Shown here: one piece after another, positions 1 through 12,075 of the stretch | How positions within the stretch are numbered: the stretch's first letter is position 1 | Layout: each line of letters opens with the position of its first letter | From: Hydrolagus affinis | Taxonomy: Eukaryota | Length of the DNA stretch: 63,629 nt | Assembly (NCBI GenBank): GCA_012026655.1 | Contig: JAAILG010001644.1 | Location: forward strand, 1 to 63,629 | Reading direction: 5' to 3' | The notes under the pieces: generated by a model | Database searches by the model: none | What the model was told of the DNA's origin: nothing | What the model saw: only the letters and a program-made list of their open reading frames with translations | Position numbers and translations under genes: made by a program

Positions 1-398
1 AGCCTGTGAATGGAGGAGCTGGGGAGGCCGACGAGGAGAGAGTTTCCGTAGTCCAGCCGTGAGGTGATGTATGCGTGCACGAGTGTTTCGGCAGCGTGGG
101 GGGTGAGATAGTTGCGGAGCCTGGCAATGTTGCGTAGGTGAAAATAAGCGATGCCGGTCAAGGTGCGGATGTGGGGGAGGAAGGAGAGTTTATGGTCGAA
201 CGTGATGCCGAGGTTCCTGATTGGCTTTGTGAGGTGGAGAGTACAGCCTTGGATGTTGAGGCTGGCAGCGCCCGATGTGCGGAGGCGCTGGCTTGAGCCA
301 ATCATGAGGGCCTCGGTCTTACTCACGTTCAATTGGAGGAAGTTGTCCCTCGTCCAGGACTCAATGTCGGACAGACATGCTGTCAGAACATCGACGGT
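1..398 (-). mobile_element. L2-clade LINE ORF2 fragment (post-RT/C-terminal region), runs off the window start
   Basis: Uninterrupted minus-strand frame VLTACLSDIESWTRDNFLQLNVSKTEALMIG...IRNLGITFDHKLSFLPHI...AYFHLRNIARLRNYLTPHAAETLVHAYITSRLDYGNSLLVGLP, typical of L2 ORF2. Confidence 0.92.
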
Positions 399-540
399 CA
401 ACCTTCTTCCCACATGTACTGCACCCTCCCAAATGCCTACCCCCAGCTCGGATCCAAAATACTATCTGTCCAGCACCTTGGGACGTCCTCCCGATGTGAA
501 AGGCGCTGTACAAATGTAATTTTGTTGTGTTTTGTTGTTA
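395..540 (+). mobile_element. L2 3' UTR, stem-loop and (TTG)n-like tail
   Basis: tctgtccagcaccttgggacgtcctcccgatgtgaaaggcgctgtacaaatgtaattttgttgtg; matches the tails of the L2 copies at 7835, 29404 and 35058. Confidence 0.88.
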
Positions 541-580
541 TAACCTAACCCAAGTGCCTTGTCCCAACATGATAGGCACT

Positions 581-914
581 ATAATAATAGTACTTGATTT
601 AATGTAGTGCCTTATCATGTCTTCGAGACATCTCAAAGTGCTTCACAGAATATACTGTAACTTGAATTGACTGTACATTTTGTGGGCAAAATGCATCAGC
701 CAAATAGTCATCGATTGAAGTGACCAATTTATTTTTTTGGGAAGGAATTATTACCCCCGGAGAAGCAATCTGTCAATCCACGAACAACCATGTTCCTACT
801 CACTGCTGGGTAAACAGAGATGTGAGAAATAGGGAAACTTGCCCAACATTTTGCCCTGGCCAGGAATCGAACCCAGGTCTCTCGCTTGCGAGGCAGACGT
901 TCCAACCACTGAGT
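581..914 (-). mobile_element. SINE family A, near full length (tRNA-derived head, L2-type tail)
   Basis: Minus strand has ctcagtggttgg (A box) and ctgggttcgattcc (B box); body is shared with 55745 and 59490; TAT-repeat tail. Confidence 0.85.
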
Positions 915-1016
915 TTTTAAATTATTTTATCGAGACAATAGTTCCTTCCACTCCTCAAGTAACAACAACCTATTTGTATAATCAATGCCTTGTCCCAAAA
1001 TGGAAGGCTTTAACCA

Positions 1017-1188
1017 TAATAATAATCCTTGCATTTGAAATGGCGCCTTTCATGTCACGAGGATATCTCAAAGGAATTCACAGGACATACTATAAAGTGT
1101 AGTGACTGTGTATTTTGTAGGCAAAACTTGGCATCCAATTTGCACCCTGCAATATCCCACAAACAGCCATGAAGTAAATAACCAATTT
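1017..1188 (-). mobile_element. SINE family A 3' fragment
   Basis: Plus strand taataataatccttgcatttgaaatggcgcctttcatgtc is the reverse complement of the family A tail. Confidence 0.75.
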
Positions 1189-1849
1189 TTAACTAGAGTA
1201 GAACAAAATAACTCCCCCCAAAATGTACAATTGTATCTGAACACTTTGTGCTTGTATTCAGTATCTATCAGTTAAAAAATAAACAAGCTCACATCCAGCC
1301 TTGGGGTTCAGAAGACACTCTAGTTTGTGCTGTCACCTGAGCCCCTCGATTGAATAAACTCACTTCGTGTTGCCTATTATTCTAGATATAAATAGAGGTC
1401 ATGAATATGTTAATATCACAATATGATTTGTTTTCCACCTGTTACTGAAAAGCGGCTCATTTCCTACTTTTCCTCTCATGACATGGACAGATTTGCCCGG
1501 AATATTAGCGCCATGGAAACCAGGCTAATGTCACAGGATACCTGCCAGCAGCCTGTGACTGACTTTGTCTTACAGCTCCGCAATAGCCGATGTCTGCTCT
1601 TGGTCTACATAATAGCACAATAGCAGGGCGTAGTGCAGCTCAGAGTCAGCGAGAGCGTATCTGTGTCTGATTGTGCAACTTCAAAGAGCAAACATTTTCC
1701 ACATGGTTAGACATCATCATGTCACACTCTTGTGTAGCTGAACTCCCCAGTAATCAGGGAATGTTGCCCAGGCAGTTACCAGTCACTCAGACTAGTTGCT
1801 ATTTCTCCCTTTGGCGCCATCCGCTTTGCAAGGCCTAGATTCATAGCAA

Positions 1850-2095
1850 GGCCTCAGCCTCCCTGGGCTGCTGAGACAGGTGGGAAACCTGTTTGTGTTC
1901 CTTCACCTGATCATCATCCAGAGACCTCCACACTGGATCAGGCTCACCTCTGCAGTCTCATCCGTCACACTGAAATAGGCACAACGACTCATAGCCTGGG
2001 TTCACACATGAAGAATGAGCTCTATGGTAAGGTTTCTGAAGCCTGTGAGATCCATGGAGACCCCTAGAATAACTTGCCGCCTTGAGGAAAGATAA
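1850..2095 (+). mobile_element. SINE family B (AmnSINE2-like) degenerate fragment
   Basis: ggcctcagcctccctgggct...cctgatcatcatccag...ttcacacatgaagaatg motifs shared with other B copies. Confidence 0.5.
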
Positions 2096-2151
2096 TGGAA
2101 GAAATTCAAAGAGCAAAGGGTAGAAGGTCCTCATAGAATTTACTGAGAGTT

Positions 2152-2412
2152 TAGCTCACTTGGGGGCACTTTTGGCTTTGGGTCAGAAGGTTATGAGTTT
2201 CAAGCCCACACCAGGTCCTAATCCCTCATTCAAATTCACAAAAAAATTTAACAGATAAATTGGTCATTCATCTCATTGCTGTGTGTGGGACGCTCTCGGC
2301 ACAAATTAACTGCTGTGATTGCCTATGTAACAGTCACTGCACTTAGAAGTAACTAATGGCGAGCAGCATTTTGACATGTTAAGGCAATGTATCAAATGCA
2401 AGTGTTATCTTT
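2152..2412 (+). mobile_element. DeuSINE-like SINE (SacSINE1/AmnSINE1-type), internally deleted
   Basis: Head ggtcagaaggttatgagtttcaagcccaca; tail tggtcattcatctcattgctgtgtgtggga...aacagtcactgcactt...aaatgcaagt. Confidence 0.65.
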
Positions 2413-3150
2413 ATTGATCCTTACAATGCAGTAACTCTACAATAAAAAGGAATGTTCTTGTGCCAGTAATTCCAATCTACTAGATAATAGGGCAATTGTA
2501 TAAGGAGGATTTTAAACCATTAAGGGACACTATAACACACATTATTGAGATCAGGTGTTTTCCTACGTTTAAAAAGAATGGTAAATAGCAATTGCTCACA
2601 TTACCACTTCTTATCCAGTACATGTCAAGAACTCAAAGCAATTTCCAGAACACCCAGTAGTTTGGTTCCCAGTGTTTAAGGCTCGTTATCCGACAAAAGT
2701 TGGTGGTCCTTTTTTAATTCCTTTTCGGCTTGCGGTCTTGTGTTGTAATGACACGTCTCTTTATAAGTAAATGAAGCTCCGCTTTCCTCCCTTCAGCATT
2801 TTGACTTTTGCAGTCAGAATTACAGCTCTCAGCAAAGCCCAGCGGGACTCCTCCGATTTGCCACTAGGCACTAGCTGGGCCTCCTGCACAAACCTGGCTA
2901 ATCCGTGCAAATCAGATTAGGCTAATTTTCAGAAAAGAGCTGGAAGTCACACCTCACGCCAGACAGATTGGGGCGACCAGACAGCGTACAGAGATCCATA
3001 CGCACCGCACACACACAAACATGTAGCCAATAGAAAGAAAGACCTTGTATTTCTATTGCGACTTTGAAAAGTTTCATAGCTCTTCAGTGAAAATTACATA
3101 TAAAATATAGGATTACATTATATATATCATGTCGCCACAAATTATACATT

Positions 3151-3350
3151 CAGTTTACTTTGCAGTATATTTTGGGAAGTACGTCAAGACGCCTTCAAGA
3201 CGTGATAAGGCACTCTATCAAATGCAAGTATTATTAATATAGATATATATATACACACACATATAGTGACTGCTTTTGTAGGGAAATCGGCTTGCTATTT
3301 GCATTCCACAAACAGCCATGAGGAGAATGGCTAAAATAATTGAATGACAT
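3151..3350. mobile_element. Two SINE tail fragments in opposite orientation
   Basis: Plus tail aagacgtgataaggcactctatcaaatgcaagtattatt (3151-3238), then a minus fragment ...cattccacaaacagccatgag. Confidence 0.6.
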
Positions 3351-3604
3351 TTTTTTCGTATGCACGCATTACACATAAACACACACACATACACACACAC
3401 AGACCACAGGCTAACAATTTCTACATCATAATAGCTCATTTTTACTCTACCTTCCTTTTCCAGCATTCCCTCGGCCCTTCTGGTCACCCGTAGCAATTGT
3501 GCTAATTAACATCAGGGCAGACAAGGCAACCCGATCTCCTCACGTCATTCCCCACTGACTGCCTTATTATACTGCAATTCTCCACCATTTCCTTTAAGAC
3601 TATT

Positions 3605-3957
3605 AGGGTCCCGCTAATACAGAATGTGCTGCATTAGCTGATCTGATTTGGGGGCAACAATGTTGCCGCGATTCAACCTCCCTGGGCTACGAAGGAGAAA
3701 ATTGAAAATCAGTCAGAGTCCACTCCTGAGCAGTGATCCCTGCTGGAAAGGTGAGTGAGTGAGTGAGTGAGTGTAGACATTGAGTGATGGCAAGACTGGG
3801 CTCAATTTTGCTGTTTTGAATGGTCAAATATATTTTAGCCACTCACTATCACACATCACACCTGAAGAACGATTGCATGGGCAAGGGATCGGAGGTTGTC
3901 CAGCACAGATGAGCCATAATAACCAACATAAGACAGTGCCTTCAGGAGAAAAGAGGC
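3605..3957 (+). mobile_element. SINE family B copy with an internal (GTGA)n expansion
   Basis: tgtgctgcattagctgatct...ccctgggcta...cagtgatccctgctggaaag...gtgccttcaggaga. Confidence 0.65.
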
Positions 3958-4214
3958 GAAGCACATTGGCAAAAACTTTATTTTGCAAATAAGCTTGAGT
4001 TTCAAGTGATTTTTCCAATGTAAAGTAGCACATGTTATAAAGTTGTGCTGATGGTAATGTGGGTTTTGTAAATCCCACAGGCAGTGATTTGTACCCAAAG
4101 AGTGAATACCAGTGCATCATTTGAACATGGAGAATTCCCCAGCAAGTCCAACTCTGTCTTCACACACACACACATCGGTTACAAACCTTGGCAAATTGCA
4201 TAAATCATGGGACG

Positions 4215-4363
4215 CTGAGGCCAGCTGGAGCACACCCATGTTTGTTCCACCTGAGACCAGCTAACTCGGCACACACTGGAGGTCAAACCAACAACCTGGA
4301 TGATGTGCTACATACCACATGGTTCATTTACTTGGTATAATCTCCAAACCATCAAAAGGAGCC
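4215..4363 (-). mobile_element. SINE family B 5' fragment
   Basis: ctgagaccagctaactcggcaca is the reverse complement of the tgtgctgagttagctgatctcag motif. Confidence 0.55.
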
Positions 4364-4374
4364 TCTCGAGGAGC

Positions 4375-4555
4375 AACTTTAAAAGAGAATAACAACTTTT
4401 AAAAGAGAGGTAGACATTTATTTGGGGAGGACGGGTTTGCGCGGTTATAGGGAGAGAGCTGGGGAGTGGGATTGAGTTGCTCTTTTCAAAGAGCCGGCAC
4501 AGACTCGATGGGCCGAATGGCCTCCTTTTGCGCCGTAAGATTCTATGATTCTATG
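4375..4555 (+). mobile_element. CR1 LINE 3' end (5'-truncated)
   Basis: caaagagccggcacagactcgatgggccgaatggcctcctt followed by an (ATTCTATG)2 tail; short duplication caactt(t)taaaagaga at the 5' junction. Confidence 0.88.
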
Positions 4556-5759
4556 TTCCAGTATAAAATAATATCATTGGTCACAAATTATAATTTCGCC
4601 ATAGAGCAACCTATACAATGACAAGCACAGTATATAATGCACAAAAATGTGCTCTGCTATTGATTTATTTTGATGCTGCCAATGATGTTTATGCTATTCC
4701 TAACTGACACCACCCCTCAAGCTGTTGCAAGAGTCTCTTATCAAGCGACTTTACAAACTCCCACATTACCATCAACATCGGTAGGGATCTGTCACAACTG
4801 GGAACACTTAGCATGTCTTTGTAAAGATATGTTAACAGCTCTGTGGAACAGTGCCGACGAAACAAGCAATATCACAACAGCTGTAAGATCTAACCTTGTT
4901 TGAACAGACGGGATGATCTCCGAGGGAAGTGTAAGTTCTAGTTCTATATCTACCTCGGTTCAGGCATTTCTTAAAAAAAACATTTTGTTTCATCTTCCAG
5001 TTATTCGCTCAAGTCACACGTTTCATTTCCAAAGGTTTCTGGTTACAGGATGCGTAAGACTGTGCGGAGAAAATAAACCCCAAATACCGCTGTCAGATTT
5101 GTCAAGGCAGCGGGGTTCAGCATATACATGGACAAGACTAGATACCAGGAAATATTCCATTGTACAAGGATCATCCACAGTTGCAAAAATGGTACCCAAT
5201 GTAATCAAACTGTACAGCTGGCAATAGTGGCTACAACTTTCTTTCCTTAAGGAAGGAAAAATCAGGATCCACATATTGTTCCAGAAAATTCATACCTGAT
5301 GCTGTGAGGATGGTCCTTTTAAATTCATCTCCATTTCCTATTGTAGTCTTTTCATAACATGAATTTCGTAGCTCACACACGCAGTTCAGTCTCACCGGCA
5401 AGCCAGCCCAGACTGTATGTCATTCTGTTACACAAAACCTGTTTCTAGTACAGTTTTTGTATCTTTTGCATTAAGCCTGAGCTATGGGATGTAATAGGAT
5501 TCAAGAGCATTTCCATTGGCTCAGCTGCATGGAAACAATAAGATATATATCCTATTGCTGTTTTTTCTGGATAAAGAGAGTAAGAGTAAATGGGGTGGGG
5601 GGACATGGGGTTTGCAATTAGAAAATTTTCTCATAATATAGTATTTTTTATTCAATAATTTTTCACCTTTGACAGATCCACTTTTTTCAATCAAAATTAG
5701 AGATCTTAGAAGAGAAGTCACCATTGAAGTCACATGAGCTCAAGGGAGGTGTAGATGAA

Positions 5760-5985
5760 TACAGCCTTTCAGCTCGTTTGATCTCGTCCATCCACAATAT
5801 CCTCCCTCCAATCTTCCCGTTACAGCATCTCAAGCTGTTACTTAAAGCAGTCCAGTGACCAGGCCTCAATCATCCGTCCTGCTAACCCATCCAGCTGCTG
5901 TTTACCTTCTTTAAAAATAAATATTTCCTGGTTTCGGTCTCAAATATGCCCTTCAAACTCCTGAACCTGTCTCTTATGTCCTATT
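5760..5985 (-). mobile_element. Old CR1-like 3' fragment
   Basis: Degenerate similarity to the reverse complement of CR1 3' ends (gcctttcagctc..., aaatatttcctgg...aaatatgcccttc). Confidence 0.4.
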
Positions 5986-6559
5986 ATCAGCAGCTCAATG
6001 CTTTGTTGCATTGTCAGTGAGCTTGTGCTAATGTACAAAAAAAAGAGAGAGAGAGGCATCTATTATAGGCACCATAAAATTGCAAGTTCTTTATTCAAAT
6101 GATCAGACTAAGGAAAGTTTGAAATTAAAACAAAAACTCACACAAAAGCAGGACATTGCTTTTTATAATGTTCCTATTAACTGGTGATTAAAATACATCA
6201 CAAGTTACTTCAGCGTCGATGTGAATTATTTTACCAATTAATGGATGTCTGCTTGCTCATTATCCTTAAATTAAAACACACCACGGTCCCGAATCACAGA
6301 GATGTGCTGATGTGCTATTTTCTGACATGCATCTAACAATGGCTATGTTTTTTTCAGTTTAAATTCCACCAATGACAAATTTACAGTTATAGAAAATCAG
6401 CACAGTATTGTGATTAAAGGTTAGTAAAATGTAATAGGATATGTGCTTTCAAATGGTATGCTGACTTGCCACAATATTCCTAATTTATCTGATCATTGCT
6501 GAGATGATGACTGTCTTTCCTAGATGCAGAGAGAACATATTGGGGCATGGCTTTGGTTT

Positions 6560-6862
6560 TCTCACCCATGGCCGTTCTACACAATTGAACAAGTGTTGGC
6601 AGATTATTCAGCCATGATGGTGTTTTTTTGGGGGGAGGGGGGGTGGAAATCACAGCCAAGTCTGATCCTTCCTTCACCAGATGTCCACACACATATACCT
6701 TCCAGCAGGAGTCACCCGATCAAGATCAGGATGTTTCCTTTCCGTAGCCAAATGCTGAGACCAAATGACATCCCATCCAAGTATCAAACCTATGGCCTTC
6801 CAGTCTGTCTGAATGGCTCAGTGCTACATTGGATGGTGCCTTCATCCCTGGGTCATTGAGGT
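6560..6862 (-). mobile_element. SINE family B copy
   Basis: cacagccaagtctgatcc...gatgtccacacac...ttccagcaggagtcac...ccttccagtctgt...atggctcagtgctaca. Confidence 0.62.
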
Positions 6863-7834
6863 GCTCCTAGGATCTCTTTAAATCACATCACAAGAGCAAC
6901 GATGTAAAAAAAAACCCTACAGGTCCCAGGTGGTAGGTGCAATGTTTTATTAATATTATTAATCTGCTTTCCAGACATTTTTTCAGACTTAATGGGTTGG
7001 AGCCTTTACCCTATTAAAACATAAAATGCCAGACTCCCACCCAAATTATTTTCAATATTGTCACACTCTGTTTATTAATTCAAAGTTATATGAATTTTAA
7101 AAAATCCACAAAATCTCTGTCGCTATTTGGATCATATTTCCCTCTGCAAGTTTCTCGTGCGGTTCAAAGAGGACACTGTAAGTAGTACAGAGGGAAGAGT
7201 ATTCTTGTACCAATTAGACTCGCCCAAAGGCAGTATTCTAATGAGGAAATAAATTGTACAGAGCACTACAATGACTGCCGTCACTGGGTTTTAATATGGT
7301 AATTTGTACTGTAATGGTGCTCAAACATCCTAACTCATTCGAACGGGATAAATAAAATACATATTGGCTTGTTTTGTTTTGAAGAGGGAAGAATTCAGGG
7401 CAACTTGACAGTTGTGAGGCCTGGAATATGACATCAGTTGGTAGCCTGTACACAAGAGTCCGTTCTGCAGCTTGTGGTTCAGCTTCAATAATTATTCAGC
7501 AGGACAGACAAATCCCCTGGTCCCTCAAGAGTGTTCTGCTCTACAATGCTTCACCAACAAACTTTCACATCTCCCCTGTCAGTCTGGTCATTACTTTCAG
7601 GTAGGCCTGCATTACACAAGCCTTAAATGAAACACCGACAGGGATTAACCCATTGTTGGCACCAAAGCAAATTGTCTGTTTAGATTCAAACCTGCTTTCT
7701 ACCTATATTATACACTGTCTCCCAGACATTTTTTTTCTCTCACTTTCGATCTAGATTCTCCCCTCCTCACCCCCACCACCACACCCACCAATTTCCTGAT
7801 GGTTTCTCTGCTTTTTTTCCCCTCAGAGTTTCCT

Positions 7835-8392
7835 AACAACAAAATTACATTTGTATAGTGCCTTTCAATGTTGGGAGGACATCCCAAGGAGCTGGACAGA
7901 CAGTATTGCAGACCCAAGCTGGGGTAGGGAATGGGGAGGGTGGAGGGCAGGGGAGGAAGGAGGTTGATCGAAAGCACGGTCAAAGAGGAGGGCGTTGAGA
8001 TGGGTCATGCCGTAGGCGAGAAATAGGGCGAGGCCGAAGAACTGAGGGATGAAGTTCCAGAAGGTGGGGGATGAATGGCTGAAAGCCCACCCACCAATGG
8101 TGAGGCAGGTGAGCCAGGGAACGTGAATGGGCCAAAGCCCGCCAAACGGAGGGAGTGGGCAGATTGGTAAGGGGGTTAGGAGGTCGCAGAGGAAGTGGGG
8201 TTCGAGGCCATGGAGGGCCGACAAGCAAGTAGTTTGCATATTCAAGCCTGGATATTAAGAATGCACGTATGAGAGTTTTGGCAGCCTGTGGCGGAGCTGG
8301 ACAATGTTGCAGAGGTGGGGGAAGGCAGAACAGGTCGTGACACAGATGTGGGGTAAAAAGGACAGTTGAGCCATCATCAGTGTAGCAGCAGC
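7835..8392 (-). mobile_element. L2 LINE 3' portion with frameshifts and an internal deletion
   Basis: Reverse-complement tail aacaacaaaattacatttgtatagtgcctttc; ORF2 remnants PQAAKTLIRAFLISRLEYANYLLVG and IGGWAFSHSSPTFWN. Confidence 0.88.
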
Positions 8393-8439
8393 TAATGTAT
8401 AGAACAGAACATCGCAGATTCCTACGGTACTGCCTCCCA

Positions 8440-8750
8440 CTGAGGTACAATTCCACTGGTGACTTTTTGGCATCTTTGTCGAGTGCTCATTCCTCAGTAG
8501 TCAGCCCAGGCAGTGTGTGTGAGCAGGACTGGGATGGCATCTCAGCCAAACTCAATTGTGTCCTCACCTTGAAATTCACAGGCTGTATCACTGGTACAAT
8601 CAGAAGCAGGAGCCTTAGCTGATCCACCCACTCCCCCACTCTTTCTCACCTAGAAACATTTATCACTGTCCTGTCAGGCATGACCTAAAGTGCACAGAGA
8701 AGGGATCGAATATAATCCTTTCCCGTTGTTTATGATTCAATACTACAACT
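8440..8750 (-). mobile_element. SINE family B degenerate copy
   Basis: ggcatctcagccaaactcaattgtgtcctcacc...atcactgg...atcagaagcaggagccttagctgat. Confidence 0.5.
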
Positions 8751-8829
8751 TGCACTAAAGTTCTCTAATGGAACTTAGACAGGGGTGGTAGAATTAAATT
8801 GTGTATGTAGAATTAGAGATATCTCTGCC

Positions 8830-9170
8830 AATGGTCGTCTCAGTAAAGGTTCTTCAGTTTAGCAACAGCTAATATATAGAGCAGAAGGTCGCAGCTTCTG
8901 TGCTGTATTATCTAATCTCAGCTGGAGGTTGTAGATAGTAGTTGGAGCCCTACAATTAACCTAACACCCATGGGGCAGCACTTGGCCAGCCAGGGGGATA
9001 GTTAACCAGGGTTCCAGCTCCTGCTAGCTTTTGACCTAGTGACGCCTATTGGGAAGTGTGTGTTTGTACAGAATGTGCTGTGATGATTTGAATGTAAGAA
9101 TAGCTGACTGACACTCACTGTTCAGCAACAACAATGAGGGAATGGCCACTCGAGCAAAGTCGGTGCTTTT
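8830..9170 (+). mobile_element. SINE family B copy
   Basis: ctgtgctgtattatctaatctcagctgg...accagggttccagctcctg...gacactcactg...gaatggccactcgagcaa. Confidence 0.62.
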
Positions 9171-9454
9171 AGAAAAGGGGCCAAATTGGCATAGAAAGAC
9201 TTAGAGGAAGGGGGAATTCTGAGCGGTAATGCACCTCGCGTACACTAAAATGTTTGATCACACGGTTGCTCATGATTTCTCTTAGTTTGATTGATGAAGG
9301 GAGCTGCTGCCCAGAGCTCTCCATTTACAACTGATCTGGTTCTCAGAATTTGCATTGACTTTTTTCCTGGAGCTCCAACCAATTTTGTCATAAAAATTGA
9401 TTGGGAAATCCTCTTGTTTCTCTCAGCTCTTTATAGAGCAACTGGATATGGAAG

Positions 9455-9650
9455 GACGTGAGAGCAAGAGAGAGAGAACTAAGGGAAGGAGAGAAATAGA
9501 GATAGACCAGAGAAATAAAGAGACAAAGATAGAAAAAGATAGAGAAAGAAAAGAATGGAAATCAGGATCAAGAGAAATCAAGAGAAAGAGAGAAGGAGAT
9601 AGAGAGAAAGAGATAGAAACAGATGGTGTTTCAGAGCTGGAGAGATACAC
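9455..9650 (+). repeat. GA-rich purine low-complexity tract
   Basis: Degenerate (AGAG/AGAT/AGAA)n; explains the K/E/R-rich pseudo-ORF 9397-9762. Confidence 0.85.
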
Positions 9651-10024
9651 AGACAATTCTGCTAGAGCCACACCCGAAACATTAACCTACCTTTCTCTTC
9701 CAGTTACAGATCGATTGGCTATAGATTTCCAGCAATTTCTAGTTTTATTTTACACTGTATGAAAGTTTCTGTACATTCTGATTTATTGACACAGCAGAAA
9801 CCTCTCATAACACACTTCATTATAATGCAAATTCATTTATAGCACAGGGTAGGGATCCTGACATGTATTTAAACTATTTACCAATCCAAAGTGCATGCAG
9901 AAAGTTTGGCTTCAAAATACTGTACCAGGATTTTTCTGGTGTTTGTCAATTCACTGACTTTATAAGCAAAGTAGATATCTCTGTGTAGGTCCAGTAAATG
10001 CGCAAGAGTTGATCAGCAAACATG

Positions 10025-10080
10025 CCCTGTTATAACACCAATTGGGATTGAACAGATCCCAATTCTGTGTTATAATGGGG
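10025..10080. repeat. Near-perfect inverted repeat (hairpin), possible MITE remnant
   Basis: ccctgttataacaccaattgggat - tgaacag loop - atcccaattctgtgttataatgggg. Confidence 0.75.
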
Positions 10081-10909
10081 CTCCACTTTAATATTCTTAG
10101 GTAGAGACAAAAACACCCAGCTTCATTCCAATATATAGTATTATATGTGTACACACACACTCACAAACCGATTTCCGCATCTACTCTGTCTCCTTGACTG
10201 AGGCAGACAGTATCCCTGCAGCCGAGCCCTCATCCCAGTGTAATGGGGAGTGTGCTGGCTGCCTGTCTCGAGCTATCGATTACCTGCTACTCTCTTGAAA
10301 GATGCTACACTTTCCGCAGTCGCTTAGTTCACAACGGGTAAAAATTGTCCAAACTAATTAATGTCATGAAATGTCAGTTTGACGTGCTGTCACAGCCTGC
10401 CTTTCAGACTCAGCTGCTCTCTCCCATTAAATAATATGAGCATCAGATAACTTTATTCACACGCCTACCCCCAACCCACAAACACACTTTTGCATTTTAG
10501 CAAAGAGCATTTTCTGGTAAACAACAGATTTAGAAAGCACTTCCAACCTATTTTCCTTCCTCCACTTTAAAGAGACTTTGGTTCCTTTGTTTCAGATTAA
10601 TGTGTACTCCAACGCTACTCTAAGTCATCAGAACCATATATGTCCCTTTATCACAATCCAGCCTTTTAAAGAGATGGCTTCACAGAGTCAGTTGTTATGT
10701 CGAAGTTAGATTTTTTTCAAAGACAACGATGTTGTCAATCTTTACATGGCATTGTTGTTTTAAATGCTATCTTGCAAGCTGGGACTTTTGAATGTAGCAG
10801 AAAAATAGGTTAATCAGACACAATTTTTATTCTTTTTAACATTATGGAGTAGTGGAATATGATATGACATATCATGTTATATATCACATTTACCCCCGTA
10901 TATTAAACT

Positions 10910-10970
10910 GTTCAGTGCTATGGAACACCTTCCTAACGTGAACGGTGCTATCCAAATTTAGTTTGTTGTT
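10910..10970 (+). mobile_element. Isolated degenerate L2 3' tail
   Basis: ttcagtgctatggaacaccttcctaacgtgaacggtgctatccaaatttagtttgttgtt. Confidence 0.55.
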
Positions 10971-11786
10971 AATATAAAAAAATTAAAATGGTCTTCATAA
11001 AACATTCTTCTAGCTCACGTTTGGGGCCTTGTGGCTTTTGTCCCACACCCTCTGCTCCACACTTCAGAAGTTGGACCTTTAGCCCACACCTTGCGAAATT
11101 CTCTTACAAAATCATAAGGCTTGCTACCTCTTTCCCTGCTTTTCAACCCACCCACCAAAGGACATATATGTCTTCTACTGTGCCTATGGCTACCTCTAAA
11201 TTCCTTCCTTGGGTCCCATTACTCTCCTTATTAAGTACTTTTGGATGTTCCATTGTGTAATCAGGGCTATAGGAATGTAAGTTGTTACTTTATTCCATTT
11301 GCTAAGGGCAGTACTGTATTTGAACAACCTATTATGCGGTACATATAGATTTCAACTCTGCAAAAACTGTGGGCAGAATAGCCTTTCCCTCTCCCATCAC
11401 ATCGGGATTTTGTTAGGCATTGTCACCTGAATTACATTCCCTTCCTGACCTGGGTCCTTTCTGAAACATCTGGGGTGGTCAACTGGCAACTCTTTGGTAT
11501 TTGTAAGGTTGCAGTGACTTTGTTAGATATGAGAGTTATTTTGAACCAGACTGGAACTGAACGTTTGAAGTCAGCCTGGAGGAGGTCTGATGCAGGTCAG
11601 TGTGAACCACAAACAGCTGTGAGGAACAACTGGACACATTGCTTGAGTTCAATTTCTGCCCTATTCTCACAAGGGAAACCATTGAACTGATGTCAAATCG
11701 AATAACATTTTCCCCCTCACTGTCTTCCAATGGGCACCGGTTGCAGTTTTCAACCTAAATGCCATGGTGGTTTCAATTCTGCCCCT

Positions 11787-12075
11787 CGTGGGGAATCCAA
11801 AACAATGGGGTGTAGTCTTAAAATTAGACCAATGCCATTCAAGAGTGAAATCCGAAGGCATTTTTTCTCTCAAATGGTGGTAGAAATCTATAATTCTCTC
11901 CACCAAAAGCTTGTGGATGTTGGATCCATCCACACCTTCAAGGGTGAGATTGATTGATATTTTGGTAGGTTAGGGTATTAAGGGATATGGGGAGAAAGAG
12001 GGAAATTGGAATTGAAAGGATTAGCTGAGATACAGATCAGCTGTGAACTAAACTCCTATTCTTAAGTATCTATGT
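11787..12075 (+). mobile_element. CR1 LINE 3' end (older subfamily)
   Basis: Translates as GESKTMGCSLKIRPMPFKSEIRRHFFSQMVVEIYNSLHQKLVDVGSIHTFKGEID (CR1 ORF2 C-terminus), then 3' UTR. Confidence 0.85.

Noticed and set aside
151-519. 122-aa plus-strand ORF
   Set aside because: Antisense to L2 ORF2 and runs into an L2 3' UTR; not a host gene.
4908-4930. 23-nt micro-exon candidate (tctaacc...gaacag / gtaagt)
   Set aside because: Weak pyrimidine tract, not a multiple of three, no recognisable peptide; such pairs arise by chance.
9397-9762. 121-aa charged ORF
   Set aside because: Translation of a GA low-complexity tract.
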